From assembly GCA_900551115.1 (NCBI GenBank), contig URUY01000014.1, forward strand, positions 14,140-78,139: a stretch of 64,000 nt of DNA, given 5' to 3'. Each line of letters opens with the position of its first letter. Within the stretch, counting starts at the first letter, position 1. The position numbers were made by a program, and so were the translations under genes. This document shows positions 40,504 to 50,119 of the stretch, one piece after another. The stretch is from an uncultured Lachnospiraceae bacterium. GTDB taxonomy: Bacteria; Bacillota; Clostridia; Lachnospirales; Lachnospiraceae. Under the pieces are notes generated by a model, which searched no databases, was not told the DNA's origin, and worked only from the letters and a program-made list of their open reading frames with translations.

Positions 40504-40521
40504 TTTTTATTTGTTTAAACC

Positions 40522-42204
40522 CTAAAACTGATTTTGCTTAATTTTGGAAGCTTGTTTTTTCATTTCTTCCGCATTATAAAGCGCTGCCTCTGACAATTCG
40601 TCCGCTCCCAAAAGCCTTGCCAGCTCTTCCATGGCGCCCTGTACGTCAAGCCTGCGGATACCTGTAACCGTACTGATGCCGTCTGTTTCCTTAGCTATCA
40701 TAAAATGGGTATCGGCCATAGCCGCTATCTGCGGAAGATGGGTAATGCAGATAACCTGATGCGCCGCTGACAGCATCCCCAGTTTTTCAGAAACCTTCCA
40801 CGCTGTCCTTCCGCTGATGCCGGCGTCAATTTCATCAAAAATCAGGGTATCCACCGCATCCTTATCTGCCAGTACCGTCTTGATTCCCAGCATAATCCGC
40901 GAAAGCTCACCGCCGCTGGCTACCATGCCGAGAGGCTTTAATTCCTCTCCGGGATTGGTGGAAATCATAAATTCCACATCATCAAAGCCGTCTGCCGCCA
41001 CTTCCTTTTTCTCTATTTTAACAGTAAATTCCACCGTAAGGAAATTCAGCTCCTCCAATGCTTTTTTTAAGGTTCTTGTCAGCACCAAAGCTTCTTCCTT
41101 ACGCAAAGCCGAAGCCTTTTCACAGGTCTGTATCAGCTCGTTTTCTATTTTATCATGGCTGCTTTTCAGCCCTGCCATATAATTTTCATAATCTTCCAGC
41201 TTCTCTATTTTTTCCGAGATTACGCTGCTATATTCTATAACCTCCAAAACGGTTCTTCCATATTTATCCTTTAAATGATTAATCAGATTGAGACGTTCCT
41301 CCGTCCTCTGAAAGTCAGTTCCGTCAAATTCACTGTCTGACATATAATCCGACAATTCTCTGTTAAAATCATTCAACAGCCCTTCAATTTCTGTAAGCTG
41401 GTCGGAAAGCCCTAAAAGCCTCTCATCATAAGAAGTCACACCATAAAGCTCCCTTACCGCTCTGCCCACAAGACTTGCCGCGCTTTCCTCGTCACCCCCT
41501 GTACACCTGTAGCTTATGCCCAGTGCCTCTCCGATTTTCTGGCTGTTTACCATTCTGCGGTAGCTGTTTTCCAGTTCTTCATCCTCTCCGGGGATAAGCT
41601 GCGCTTCTTCTATTTCCTGCAGTTCAAAATGTAAAAGCTCCAGCTCCCGTTTTCTCGCTGCCTCATCCATCCCGGCAGCTTCCATTTCCTCCTCTATGCG
41701 GCGTCTCTCCTGATACAGCCTTTTAATATCGGAAAGTATCGGCAAAAGTGCCTCTCCCGCATAAGCATCCAAAATTTCCCGGTGCTTTTTTTTGTGGAGC
41801 AGGGACTGATGCTCATGCTGCCCGTGAATATCCAGAAGCAGCTCTGAAAGCTCTCTTATCTGCTTTACAGTAACCGTTTCCCCATTGATCCGGCTGATGC
41901 TTCTGCCCGGCTGGATACGGCGGCTTATAGTAACGCAATCTTCTTCACAGGGCAGCTCCAATTCATCGAGCTTTTCTTTAACCCTGCCGCTCTCGTCAAA
42001 AAAGGTAAGCTCCACCAACGCAGACTCTGCCCCTCTTCTGATAAGCTCCTTATCCGCCTTTGCACCCAAAGCCAGATTCACGGAACCAATCAGTATGGAC
42101 TTACCGGCGCCGGTCTCTCCGGTCAGAATATTTAAACCCGGTGTAAACTCTATCTCCGTTTCTTCAATCAACGCCAGATTTTTCACATGTAAGCTTAATA
42201 ACAT
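40522..42204 (-). CDS. recN: DNA repair protein RecN
   Basis: SMC-like ATPase with Walker A GETGAGKS. Start moved to internal ATG (MLLSLHVKNLALI). Confidence 0.9.
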   Translation of the reverse strand: MLLSLHVKNLALIEETEIEFTPGLNILTGETGAGKSILIGSVNLALGAKADKELIRRGAESALVELTFFDESGRVKEKLDELELPCEEDCVTISRRIQPGRSISRINGETVTVKQIRELSELLLDIHGQHEHQSLLHKKKHREILDAYAGEALLPILSDIKRLYQERRRIEEEMEAAGMDEAARKRELELLHFELQEIEEAQLIPGEDEELENSYRRMVNSQKIGEALGISYRCTGGDEESAASLVGRAVRELYGVTSYDERLLGLSDQLTEIEGLLNDFNRELSDYMSDSEFDGTDFQRTEERLNLINHLKDKYGRTVLEVIEYSSVISEKIEKLEDYENYMAGLKSSHDKIENELIQTCEKASALRKEEALVLTRTLKKALEELNFLTVEFTVKIEKKEVAADGFDDVEFMISTNPGEELKPLGMVASGGELSRIMLGIKTVLADKDAVDTLIFDEIDAGISGRTAWKVSEKLGMLSAAHQVICITHLPQIAAMADTHFMIAKETDGISTVTGIRRLDVQGAMEELARLLGADELSEAALYNAEEMKKQASKIKQNQF

Positions 42205-42229
42205 ATATCTCCTTCCGCCTTCTGCCGTT

Positions 42230-42682
42230 TTACTTTTCAATCATAGCATTTATCTTGTCCATGAGAACCTGGGTTTCCTCTACCGTTCTGACTGCCATCA
42301 TAATGGTATCATCCCCCGCAATGGAACCCACTATTTCCTTGAACTTTAAGGCATCAATAGCTGCCGCTACCGCCATTGCCATACCGGATACCGTCTTGAT
42401 AACCAATATATTCTGGGCCATGTCCATAGAAGCAAAACCATCTCTTAAAACACGGATGTATTTGTCTCCCATATAGCTGTCATCCTGTTTTAATACAATG
42501 TACTTCTGTTTGCCGCTCCCCATGGGAATCTTGGAGAGCTTTAAGTCTCTGATATCCCTTGAAACCGTTGCCTGGGTCACCTCGTATCCCGCTTCTTTCA
42601 GATAAGCCGCCAGTTCCTCCTGGGTTTCCACCTCATGCTCTTCAATAATTTCGATAATCTTGCCATGTCTTACTTTTTTCAT
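42230..42682 (-). CDS. argR: arginine repressor
   Basis: Aligns with AhrC/ArgR (…TQATVSRDI…GDDTI…). ATG (MKKVRHGK) chosen over upstream GTG. Confidence 0.85.
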   Translation of the reverse strand: MKKVRHGKIIEIIEEHEVETQEELAAYLKEAGYEVTQATVSRDIRDLKLSKIPMGSGKQKYIVLKQDDSYMGDKYIRVLRDGFASMDMAQNILVIKTVSGMAMAVAAAIDALKFKEIVGSIAGDDTIMMAVRTVEETQVLMDKINAMIEK

Positions 42683-42753
42683 AGCCACACCTGCCTTTCT
42701 GCCTTTCTTTCGTTTTTTCTTCGTTCCTTCTTTCTTTTGTTCCTTCTTTTCGT

Positions 42754-43581
42754 CTAATTATCGCTCATCTTTTTATGTAACACTTCCAAAAAGCCTGCCT
42801 TGCTCAATTTGATAAAATCCGTTGTCCGCTCAGACTGTACAATACGGACAGCATCCCCCGTTGTAAGCTCCACACCACAGCTGTCAAAGTTGACTGCGGC
42901 ACTTTGTGCCTGTCCTTCCCTTCCGGCAGGGATTTCTATCACCACCTCGTCCTCGGGAGAAAGGACAATGCTCCTTTGGTTTATGGTGTGAGGACAAATA
43001 GGCGTCAGCACCAAAAGCCTTGCTGCCGGCTCTACAATAGGTCCTCCCGCAGAGAGATTGTATCCTGTCGAGCCCGTGGGTGTTGTTACAATCATACCAT
43101 CTGCCAGATATTTATTCAAAAGCTTTCTGTTTACATAAAGGTTAAAATTCAAAATCTGCTGTGTACCGGATTTACTGATAACAATATCATTTAACGCCCA
43201 TATTTCCTGTCTGCTGCCGTCCTTATGATAAATGCTGCCGTTTAACATCATCCGGCTCTCCAGTTCATAATCTCCGCATAAAAGCTGCGTAAGTGCCGCC
43301 TCCAGCCCTTCCGGTTCTACCTCTGTCAGGTAACCCAGCGTGCCTAAATTAATTCCCAAAAGAGGAATTCCCCTTCTGCCGTCCACCTCTCTTGCCGCCT
43401 GCAGCACAGTACCGTCTCCGCCAAGCACCAAAACGCAGTCCGCATCCCCCGGAACGGTATCTTCCTTTTCTACCTTAACGGTAACACGCATGCCTCTCTT
43501 TTGCAAAAATTGGCAGACTCTCTCTGTGACAGCCAATTCCTTATCCTTATGCCGGTTTGTATAAATGCAAAAATGTTTCAT
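42754..43581 (-). CDS. nadK: NAD kinase
   Basis: GGDGT motif and NAD-kinase C domain. Confidence 0.9.
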   Translation of the reverse strand: MKHFCIYTNRHKDKELAVTERVCQFLQKRGMRVTVKVEKEDTVPGDADCVLVLGGDGTVLQAAREVDGRRGIPLLGINLGTLGYLTEVEPEGLEAALTQLLCGDYELESRMMLNGSIYHKDGSRQEIWALNDIVISKSGTQQILNFNLYVNRKLLNKYLADGMIVTTPTGSTGYNLSAGGPIVEPAARLLVLTPICPHTINQRSIVLSPEDEVVIEIPAGREGQAQSAAVNFDSCGVELTTGDAVRIVQSERTTDFIKLSKAGFLEVLHKKMSDN

Positions 43582-44465
43582 TCCAGTTCTCCATGCGCCG
43601 CCGCTACTGTTTTACTTATCTTTGCCTGCCACTCCTCCTGTGCCGATAAACCGCTGCCGCCTTTTAAAAGCACAGAGAGGTTTTCCTCTGCCTCATGCTC
43701 CGTAAAGCCATCGCTTTCCGGCCTGCTTCCCTTATGCAGCTCCAAAAACACAAGATACTCTATATTGCCCTCCGGTCCCTTTATAGGAGAAAAATCAAGG
43801 TCCCTTACTGCAAATCCAAGACTGTCCGCAAAATCAAGAACCTTGCAGATTACCTCTTTGTGTACTGCCTGCTCCCGTACTACTCCTTTTTTTCCCACCT
43901 TTTCCCTGCCTGCTTCAAACTGGGGTTTAATCAGGCAGACCATCTGTCCGCCGTCCCGAAGCAGCGCTCTTGCAGGAAGCAGGATTTTCGTCAGGGATAT
44001 AAAAGAAACATCCACCGAAGCAAAATCCAGCTCAGACGGGATATCCTCCTTTACCATATAACGGAAGTTCGTCTTTTCCATACAAACTACACGGCTGTCA
44101 TTCCTAAGCTTCCATGCAAGCTGGCCGTGTCCCACGTCCACTGCATAAACCAAAGACGCACCGTTCTGCAGCATACAATCCGTAAACCCTCCGGTAGAAG
44201 CACCGATATCCATACAGATTTTATCCGTAAGGGAAATGGGAAAGCTGCTCATGGCCTTTTCCAGCTTCAATCCGCCCCTGCTCACATATTTCAGCACAGA
44301 CCCCTTCACTTCTATTTTTACCTTGTCCGTATCAAAGGCTGTTCCTGCCTTGTCCTCCCGCTGTCCGTCTACAAATACATTGCCCGCCATAATAATGGCC
44401 TTTGCCTTTTCCCTGGATTCTGCATATCCCTCAGAAACCAAAATTACATCCAGTCTTTCTTTCAT
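43578..44465 (-). CDS. tlyA: TlyA family rRNA 2'-O-methyltransferase (S4 + FtsJ domains)
   Basis: N-terminal S4 RNA-binding (RLDVILV…) and SAM-MTase motif (…DIGASTGGFTD…). Confidence 0.85.
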   Translation of the reverse strand: MKERLDVILVSEGYAESREKAKAIIMAGNVFVDGQREDKAGTAFDTDKVKIEVKGSVLKYVSRGGLKLEKAMSSFPISLTDKICMDIGASTGGFTDCMLQNGASLVYAVDVGHGQLAWKLRNDSRVVCMEKTNFRYMVKEDIPSELDFASVDVSFISLTKILLPARALLRDGGQMVCLIKPQFEAGREKVGKKGVVREQAVHKEVICKVLDFADSLGFAVRDLDFSPIKGPEGNIEYLVFLELHKGSRPESDGFTEHEAEENLSVLLKGGSGLSAQEEWQAKISKTVAAAHGELE

Positions 44466-44471
44466 GCAGCT

Positions 44472-46361
44472 TTACTCCTGTCTGCTTATTGTGCCTGTTT
44501 TCTCTTTTTTAAGCCTGTCCTTTATACGCTCTGCAACAGCTTCTGCATCCATTCCCAGTTCCTTTTTCAAAAGCTCTGCATTACCATGTTCTACATAAGC
44601 ATCCGGTATGGTAACGGAAACCACCTTTACGTGCAAATCCTTTTCATCTATAAAAGTCCTCACGCGCTCGCCAAAGCCCCCGCTTGCCACATTTTCTTCC
44701 AATGTAACAAACAGCGTATGCCCTGCCGCTGCTTTCATAAGCATCTCTTCATCTATCGGCTTTACAAAGCGGGCATTTACAAGACTGCTTAAAATCCCTT
44801 CTCCGGCAAGTATTTCATGAACCTCTTCTGCCGTCTTTACCATACTGCCCACTGCCAGCAGCACAATTCCTTTTTCTTCATAAATCCATTCACTTTTTCC
44901 GTATTCTATGGGCGCTCTGTATTCCTTTAGTCCGGCATAGGCTTCCCCTCTGGGATAGCGTATGGCAGCCGGCGCGTCCAGCTTCAGCGCAAACTTTAAC
45001 ATATCCGACAATTCCCACTTGTTTTTGGGCGCCATAATGGTCATCCCCGGTATGCTTGACAGATAGGATAAATCAAAGATTCCCTGATGGGTCTCCCCAT
45101 CGCTGCCCACAAGCCCCGCTCTGTCAATGGCAAACACAACCGGCAGGTTCTGTATGCACACATCATGCAGAATCTGATCATAAGCCCGCTGCAAAAAAGA
45201 AGAATAAACGGCTACCACCGGCCTTAAGCCGCCGGCTGCAAGCCCCGCGGCAAAGGTTACTGCGTGTTCTTCTGCAATACCTACATCAAAAAAACGCTCC
45301 GGATACATATTCCGGAACCGTTTTAAACCTGTTCCGTCAGGCATGGCTGCCGTAATGGCCACCACTCTTTCATCCCTCTGTCCCAGCTTACACATGACAG
45401 TGGAAAAAATATCCGTATAGTTTGCTGTATTTCTGGGACTTTTAGGAAGTCCCGAATCTATTTCAAAAGGTTCTGCCCCATGGAATCTGGCAGGATGGCG
45501 CTCTGCAGGCGCATACCCTTTTCCTTTCTCTGTAATCACATGGATAAGAACCGGTCCCTTCACTCTTTTTGCTTCATGAATGACCCTCACCATTGCATTC
45601 ACATCATGGCCGTTTACGGGACCAAGGTAAGTAATCCCCATATCTTCAAAAAACATCCCCGGAATCACAAGGTGCTTGACGCCGCTTTTAAAACGGCGGA
45701 TTTTTGCAATGACGGATTCTCCCGTGGATGTTCCGCTCAGTGCCTTGTGAACCCCTTCCTTTAAGTCCAGATAACCGTTTGTGGTACGCACATTGTTTAA
45801 ATAACTGGAAATTCCGCCTACATTCTCTGAAATGGACATATTGTTGTCATTTAGAATTACAATAAAGTTGGTTTCCAGCCTGGAAGCATTATTCAGCGCC
45901 TCATAGGCCATACCGCCTGTCAGGGAACCGTCCCCGATTACGGATATAATCGTATTTTTTTCTCCCCTTAAATCTCTGGCCTTTACCATGCCAAGCCCTG
46001 CCGAAATAGAGGTGGAGCTGTGCCCCGTATCAAAACAGTCGCATTCGCTTTCCTTTCTCTTAGGGAAACCGCTCATACCGTGAAACTTCCGCAGGTTTTC
46101 AAAGCCGTCTCTTCTGCCTGTCAGAAGCTTATGGGTATAGGACTGGTGGCCTACATCCCAGATAATTTTATCCTCCGGCAGATTTAAGGACAGGTGCAGC
46201 GCCATAGTCAGCTCTACCGCACCCAGATTGGAGCCCAAATGCCCGCCTGTCACACTGATTTTTTCTATCAGGAACTCCCTGATTTCCGATGCAAGCAGAC
46301 CGTAGTCCTCTTTATCTATATACTTTATGTCATTTGCTTTTTCAATCTGCTCTAACAGCAT
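44472..46361 (-). CDS. dxs: 1-deoxy-D-xylulose-5-phosphate synthase
   Basis: 629 aa with TPP-binding motifs and typical DXS N-terminus. Confidence 0.9.
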   Translation of the reverse strand: MLLEQIEKANDIKYIDKEDYGLLASEIREFLIEKISVTGGHLGSNLGAVELTMALHLSLNLPEDKIIWDVGHQSYTHKLLTGRRDGFENLRKFHGMSGFPKRKESECDCFDTGHSSTSISAGLGMVKARDLRGEKNTIISVIGDGSLTGGMAYEALNNASRLETNFIVILNDNNMSISENVGGISSYLNNVRTTNGYLDLKEGVHKALSGTSTGESVIAKIRRFKSGVKHLVIPGMFFEDMGITYLGPVNGHDVNAMVRVIHEAKRVKGPVLIHVITEKGKGYAPAERHPARFHGAEPFEIDSGLPKSPRNTANYTDIFSTVMCKLGQRDERVVAITAAMPDGTGLKRFRNMYPERFFDVGIAEEHAVTFAAGLAAGGLRPVVAVYSSFLQRAYDQILHDVCIQNLPVVFAIDRAGLVGSDGETHQGIFDLSYLSSIPGMTIMAPKNKWELSDMLKFALKLDAPAAIRYPRGEAYAGLKEYRAPIEYGKSEWIYEEKGIVLLAVGSMVKTAEEVHEILAGEGILSSLVNARFVKPIDEEMLMKAAAGHTLFVTLEENVASGGFGERVRTFIDEKDLHVKVVSVTIPDAYVEHGNAELLKKELGMDAEAVAERIKDRLKKEKTGTISRQE

Positions 46362-46401
46362 CCGGTCACCTCATTTCTGTTCTGCCCCCAATATCTGCCG
46401 G

Positions 46402-47334
46402 TTATTTATTCCTGTAAATCAGATATTCTGTAAGCTTCTGTAAAAAGTCTGACTCTTTCGAGCATTCTTTTAAAAGAGATACCGCCTCACCGGAAAGCCG
46501 CCTCACCTCTTCTCTTGCATGGGAAAGTCCCATCAGCGTCACATAGGTCTGCTTGTGGTTCTTTTCGTCACTTCCCACCGCTTTGCCCAATTCCGCTTCA
46601 TTGCCTGTAACATCTAAAATATCATCCTGAATCTGAAAGGCCATGCCGATGCTGTAGGCGCACTTTTCCATGGCTGCTACCGTTTCCTTCTCTGCTCCGG
46701 CTAACACCGCGCCTATCATCATGGAAGCCTGTATCAGAGCCGCCGTCTTGTGTTCATGGATAAAAAGAAGCTTATCCGCTTCTATGGAGGTTTCTTTTTC
46801 TGCTTCTATATCTGCGGTCTGCCCGCCAATCATACCGTAAATACCGGCCTTTTTTGCCAGTATCGAAAGGGCTTCTGCTGCTTTTCCATACCGCTCCGCT
46901 ACCGGTATGCCGTCCACCGTACAGGAATCAAAAGCAGTAAGCGCCGTTTCAAAGGCATAATTTAAAAGAGCATCACCGGCCAGTACTGCCATGCCTTCCC
47001 CAAATACCACATGAGTGGTTTTTCTGCCGCGCCGGTATTCGTCATTGTCCATGGCCGGCAAGTCATCATGCACCAGGGAATAGGTGTGTATCATCTCTAT
47101 GGCAGCCATAAATGGCTCCACGATTCTGCCTCTCCCGCCGCACATACGGTAGGTTTCCTGCATAAGCATAGGCCGCAGCCGCTTACCGCCTGCCAGCACA
47201 CTGTAGCGCATTGCTTCAATTACTGCCCTTTGGAAGCCTTCTTCCTTCGGCAGAAAACGCTCTATAATCTTCTCTATTTCCTCTGCTTTTTGTGCAATCG
47301 CCGTTTCAATGGCTGTCTCTTTTGCTGCGCCCAT
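46402..47334 (-). CDS. ispA: farnesyl/geranyl diphosphate synthase (polyprenyl synthetase)
   Basis: DDLPAMDND and DDILD aspartate-rich motifs. Start moved to ATG (MGAAKE) with AAGGAG RBS. Confidence 0.85.
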   Translation of the reverse strand: MGAAKETAIETAIAQKAEEIEKIIERFLPKEEGFQRAVIEAMRYSVLAGGKRLRPMLMQETYRMCGGRGRIVEPFMAAIEMIHTYSLVHDDLPAMDNDEYRRGRKTTHVVFGEGMAVLAGDALLNYAFETALTAFDSCTVDGIPVAERYGKAAEALSILAKKAGIYGMIGGQTADIEAEKETSIEADKLLFIHEHKTAALIQASMMIGAVLAGAEKETVAAMEKCAYSIGMAFQIQDDILDVTGNEAELGKAVGSDEKNHKQTYVTLMGLSHAREEVRRLSGEAVSLLKECSKESDFLQKLTEYLIYRNK

Positions 47335-47543
47335 TCTGCTGCTCCTTTTTTTTACCTTTTTAAAATCAGTGATTACAAAAATTGTGCGTGCAATTATATT
47401 CCATGAAAATCGCGCTCTCGCTCCGTAAAAAACGTAGCAGTACATAGGGCTGTAAAATACACAGCCCTATGCTTAAGTTTTTTAAGGGCTTTTCATTGGA
47501 ATATAAGTTGCACTAAAAAATTTCGTAATCCTCCAACCCTCTC

Positions 47544-47741
47544 TTAGGAAAACTCCGTCAGTTCTCCTTCGGCATTTAACTGCAACACCTGTTTTTCCAC
47601 CTTATCAATATCCGCATTGCACTGCTTTAACAGTTCCATGCCCTCTTTATATATGCGAAAGGACTCCTCTAAAGAAATGTCCTCTGCTTCCAGCTTTTTT
47701 ACCGTCTCTTCCAGTTTAGCAAATTTCTCCTCTAAAGACAT
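47544..47741 (-). CDS. xseB: exodeoxyribonuclease VII small subunit
   Basis: 65 aa coiled-coil, XseB family. Overlaps xseA stop. Confidence 0.85.
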   Translation of the reverse strand: MSLEEKFAKLEETVKKLEAEDISLEESFRIYKEGMELLKQCNADIDKVEKQVLQLNAEGELTEFS

Positions 47742-48972
47742 CCTCTTTCTCCTTCTCCAATGCCAAAAGGCTCTTTTTATCAGTTACCCTTGCAAAAATC
47801 TGCCCGTCCGTTACATGGATAGTAACCAAATCCTCAGGACGTACCTGTTCTATTTTACGAACGGCCCTGCCGTCTGCCGCTTCCACATAGGAATATCCCT
47901 GATTCAGCTTTGTGAGCGGGGACATGCCTTTAAACTGCTCAACTAAAATTGCCAGCCTGTGACGGCTGTCTCTAAGCGCTTCTTCCATCCCACGGGTCAG
48001 GCTCTCTTCCAACTTCATCGCATGAGTCTTTCTGTCTCTGATACGGCTCTGCGGGCTTAAGAACTGTATACGCAGCCGTTCTCTCTCCGCCTTTGTACGG
48101 CTTTCCTGAAGTCTTGTGCGCATCTGCTTAAACAGCTTTTCCCTGCAGGAACTGAGTGAAAACATAAGCTGTTCAAATTCACAGACCGCCAGCTCCGCAG
48201 CCGCCGAGGGAGTCGGCGCACGAAGGTCCGCCACAAAATCAATGATTGTCGTATCCGTTTCATGTCCTACTGCTGATATAATGGGAATTTCACTGTCAAA
48301 AACTGCCTGTGCCACAATCTCCTCATTAAACGCCCATAAATCCTCTAAGGACCCTCCGCCGCGGCCTACTATCATAGCATCTACGCCTTGCCTTTCAAGT
48401 GCCCGGATACCGTTTACAATGCTCTGTGCCGCTGCTTCTCCCTGTACAATGGCAGGATAAAGAATAATCTTAATATAGGGATTTCTTCTTTTTGCCACAT
48501 TGATAATATCCCTTACCGCTGCCCCCGTAGGCGCCGTTACTACGCCCAGTGTATGAATATACTTTGGAACGGGACGTTTGTACTGTGCAGCAAACATACC
48601 CCGTTCCTCCAGTTCCCGTTTCAGCTCTTCAAATTTTTCGTAGAGATAGCCCGCACCATCCTGTACAATCTGTTTTGCATACATCTGGTATTTGCCGTCC
48701 CGCTCATATACATCCACGGTACCGCCCACCACTACCTGCATGCCCTCACGAAGCACAAATTTCAGCCCGTTCCTGTTACCTGCAAACATAACACAGGACA
48801 GCGTACCTTTTTCATCCTTTAACGTAAAATAAATATGTCCAGAGGAATGATATTTACAGTTGCTCACTTCTCCTCTGATAAAAAGCGACTGTAACATAAA
48901 ATCCTGCATGAACATATTTTTTATATACGCATTCACTTGTGCCACTGTATAAATATTTTGTATAGTAACCAC
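47716..48972 (-). CDS. xseA: exodeoxyribonuclease VII large subunit
   Basis: 418 aa with OB-fold N-terminus and ExoVII_LU catalytic region. Confidence 0.9.
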   Translation of the reverse strand: MVTIQNIYTVAQVNAYIKNMFMQDFMLQSLFIRGEVSNCKYHSSGHIYFTLKDEKGTLSCVMFAGNRNGLKFVLREGMQVVVGGTVDVYERDGKYQMYAKQIVQDGAGYLYEKFEELKRELEERGMFAAQYKRPVPKYIHTLGVVTAPTGAAVRDIINVAKRRNPYIKIILYPAIVQGEAAAQSIVNGIRALERQGVDAMIVGRGGGSLEDLWAFNEEIVAQAVFDSEIPIISAVGHETDTTIIDFVADLRAPTPSAAAELAVCEFEQLMFSLSSCREKLFKQMRTRLQESRTKAERERLRIQFLSPQSRIRDRKTHAMKLEESLTRGMEEALRDSRHRLAILVEQFKGMSPLTKLNQGYSYVEAADGRAVRKIEQVRPEDLVTIHVTDGQIFARVTDKKSLLALEKEKEDVFRGEIC

Positions 48973-48978
48973 CGTGCC

Positions 48979-49377
48979 TTATGCAAACTTAGCCAAAACT
49001 GCGTTGACAAAAGCGCCTGCGCTCTCCTGCCCAAACTTTTTGGCGATTTCTACTGCTTCATTAATAGCTACGCTCACCGGCACGTCCTCATCAAACTGCA
49101 TTTCAAAAAGCGCCAGCCTAAGCACGGTCAGTTCTACCTTACCCATGCGCTCTACGTCCCAGTTCTCAGCTTTTTTGTTAAGCTGCTCGTCAATTTCGGA
49201 CAGCTTTTCCATAACCCTGTTATATTTGCCGGTAATATAGGCTGCATCTTCAGCAGAACGCTGTACTTCATCGTCCTCTAAAAACATCTGTATCTGTTCC
49301 GGCATGTCCGACAGGCTGTTAAATTCTATGCGAAACAACAGAAGAAAAATCTGTTCTCTCAGTTCTCGTCTACCCAT
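48979..49377 (-). CDS. nusB: transcription antitermination factor NusB
   Basis: 132 aa NusB family. Confidence 0.9.
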   Translation of the reverse strand: MGRRELREQIFLLLFRIEFNSLSDMPEQIQMFLEDDEVQRSAEDAAYITGKYNRVMEKLSEIDEQLNKKAENWDVERMGKVELTVLRLALFEMQFDEDVPVSVAINEAVEIAKKFGQESAGAFVNAVLAKFA

Positions 49378-49394
49378 ATATAACCATCCTGCTA

Positions 49395-49772
49395 TTATTT
49401 ATTCTTCTGCATGTTGACACCGGCAATGCGGATATTTACATCTGTTACATTAAGCCCTGTCATATTTTCAATAGCTGCTTTTACTTTGGTCTGTACCTTT
49501 TGGCAGATAGCCGGAATATTGTAGCCGTATTCTACAACAACAGCCAAATCCACTGTCACATTTTTATCAAAAATATCTACCTTCACGCCTTTGTTCAGGT
49601 TCTTTACTCCTACCTTGCTCATCAGCTCGCCGGTCATATTGCCCGCCATGGCAGATACACCGTCAACTTCTCTGGCTGCCAATCCGGCTATCATCACTAC
49701 AACATCATCCGCAATCTGTACTGCACCGATATTTTCATCATCCTGTAAAACAAAAGTATTTCTGTCTTCCAT
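49395..49772 (-). CDS. Asp23/Gls24 family alkaline-shock/envelope stress protein
   Basis: 125 aa, Asp23 family. GGAGG RBS. Confidence 0.85.
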   Translation of the reverse strand: MEDRNTFVLQDDENIGAVQIADDVVVMIAGLAAREVDGVSAMAGNMTGELMSKVGVKNLNKGVKVDIFDKNVTVDLAVVVEYGYNIPAICQKVQTKVKAAIENMTGLNVTDVNIRIAGVNMQKNK

Positions 49773-49789
49773 TTATTAATCCTCCCTGC

Positions 49790-49965
49790 CTTTAGACTGC
49801 CCTGTCCTTTAGGGTAAAATGATTGTCCTGTCCTTTAGGGCAGATATTCTACCCCTTTTTTAAGGGCAATCATTTTGCCCTTTTTCAAAGGGCAGTATTT
49901 CTACCCTTCTTCAAAGGGCAGTCATTTTGCCCTTCTTTAAAGGGCAGTATTTCTACCCTTCTTCA
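49790..49965. repeat. tandem array of ~7 copies of a 26-nt unit (consensus yAAAGGGCAGTATTTCTACCCTTCTT), each unit an imperfect hairpin
   Basis: Units visible at ~49790, 49816, 49842, 49868, 49894, 49920 and 49946 with drifting sequence (…TTTAGGGCAGATATTCTACCCC…, …AAGGGCAATCATTTTGCCCTT…). There are no unique spacers. Confidence 0.75.
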
Positions 49966-50097
49966 AAGGGCAGAGCCGCGAAAAACCACTGGTTTTCCGC
50001 GGTCGCTTCGCTCGCCGAATGTCTGTACGAATCTCTGTATCTGTCCAAATAAATTTGGCAGATACAGAGATTCGTACAGCCGCCCGGCTCTGCCCTT
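49966..50097. repeat. ~130-bp palindromic element: outer 14-bp IR (AAAGGGCAGAGCCG / CGGCTCTGCCCTTT) enclosing an 11-bp near-perfect IR and a 21-bp perfect IR with palindromic loop
   Basis: Inner hairpins: GCGAAAAACCAcTGGTTTTCCGC and CTGTACGAATCTCTGTATCTGtCCAAATAAATTTGGcAGATACAGAGATTCGTACAG. The outer IR shares AAAGGGCAG with the 26-nt units. Confidence 0.75.
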
Positions 50098-50119
50098 TGC
50101 GAACATTATATCACACCGT

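Noticed and set aside
49790-50097. CRISPR array
   Set aside because: The repeats abut one another with no unique spacers, the units are degenerate, and there are no cas genes nearby.
49966-50100. tRNA or tmRNA-like gene within the palindromic element
   Set aside because: There is no T-loop GTTCRANNC, no acceptor/CCA geometry and no anticodon-arm proportions. The hairpins are too long and too perfectly symmetrical.
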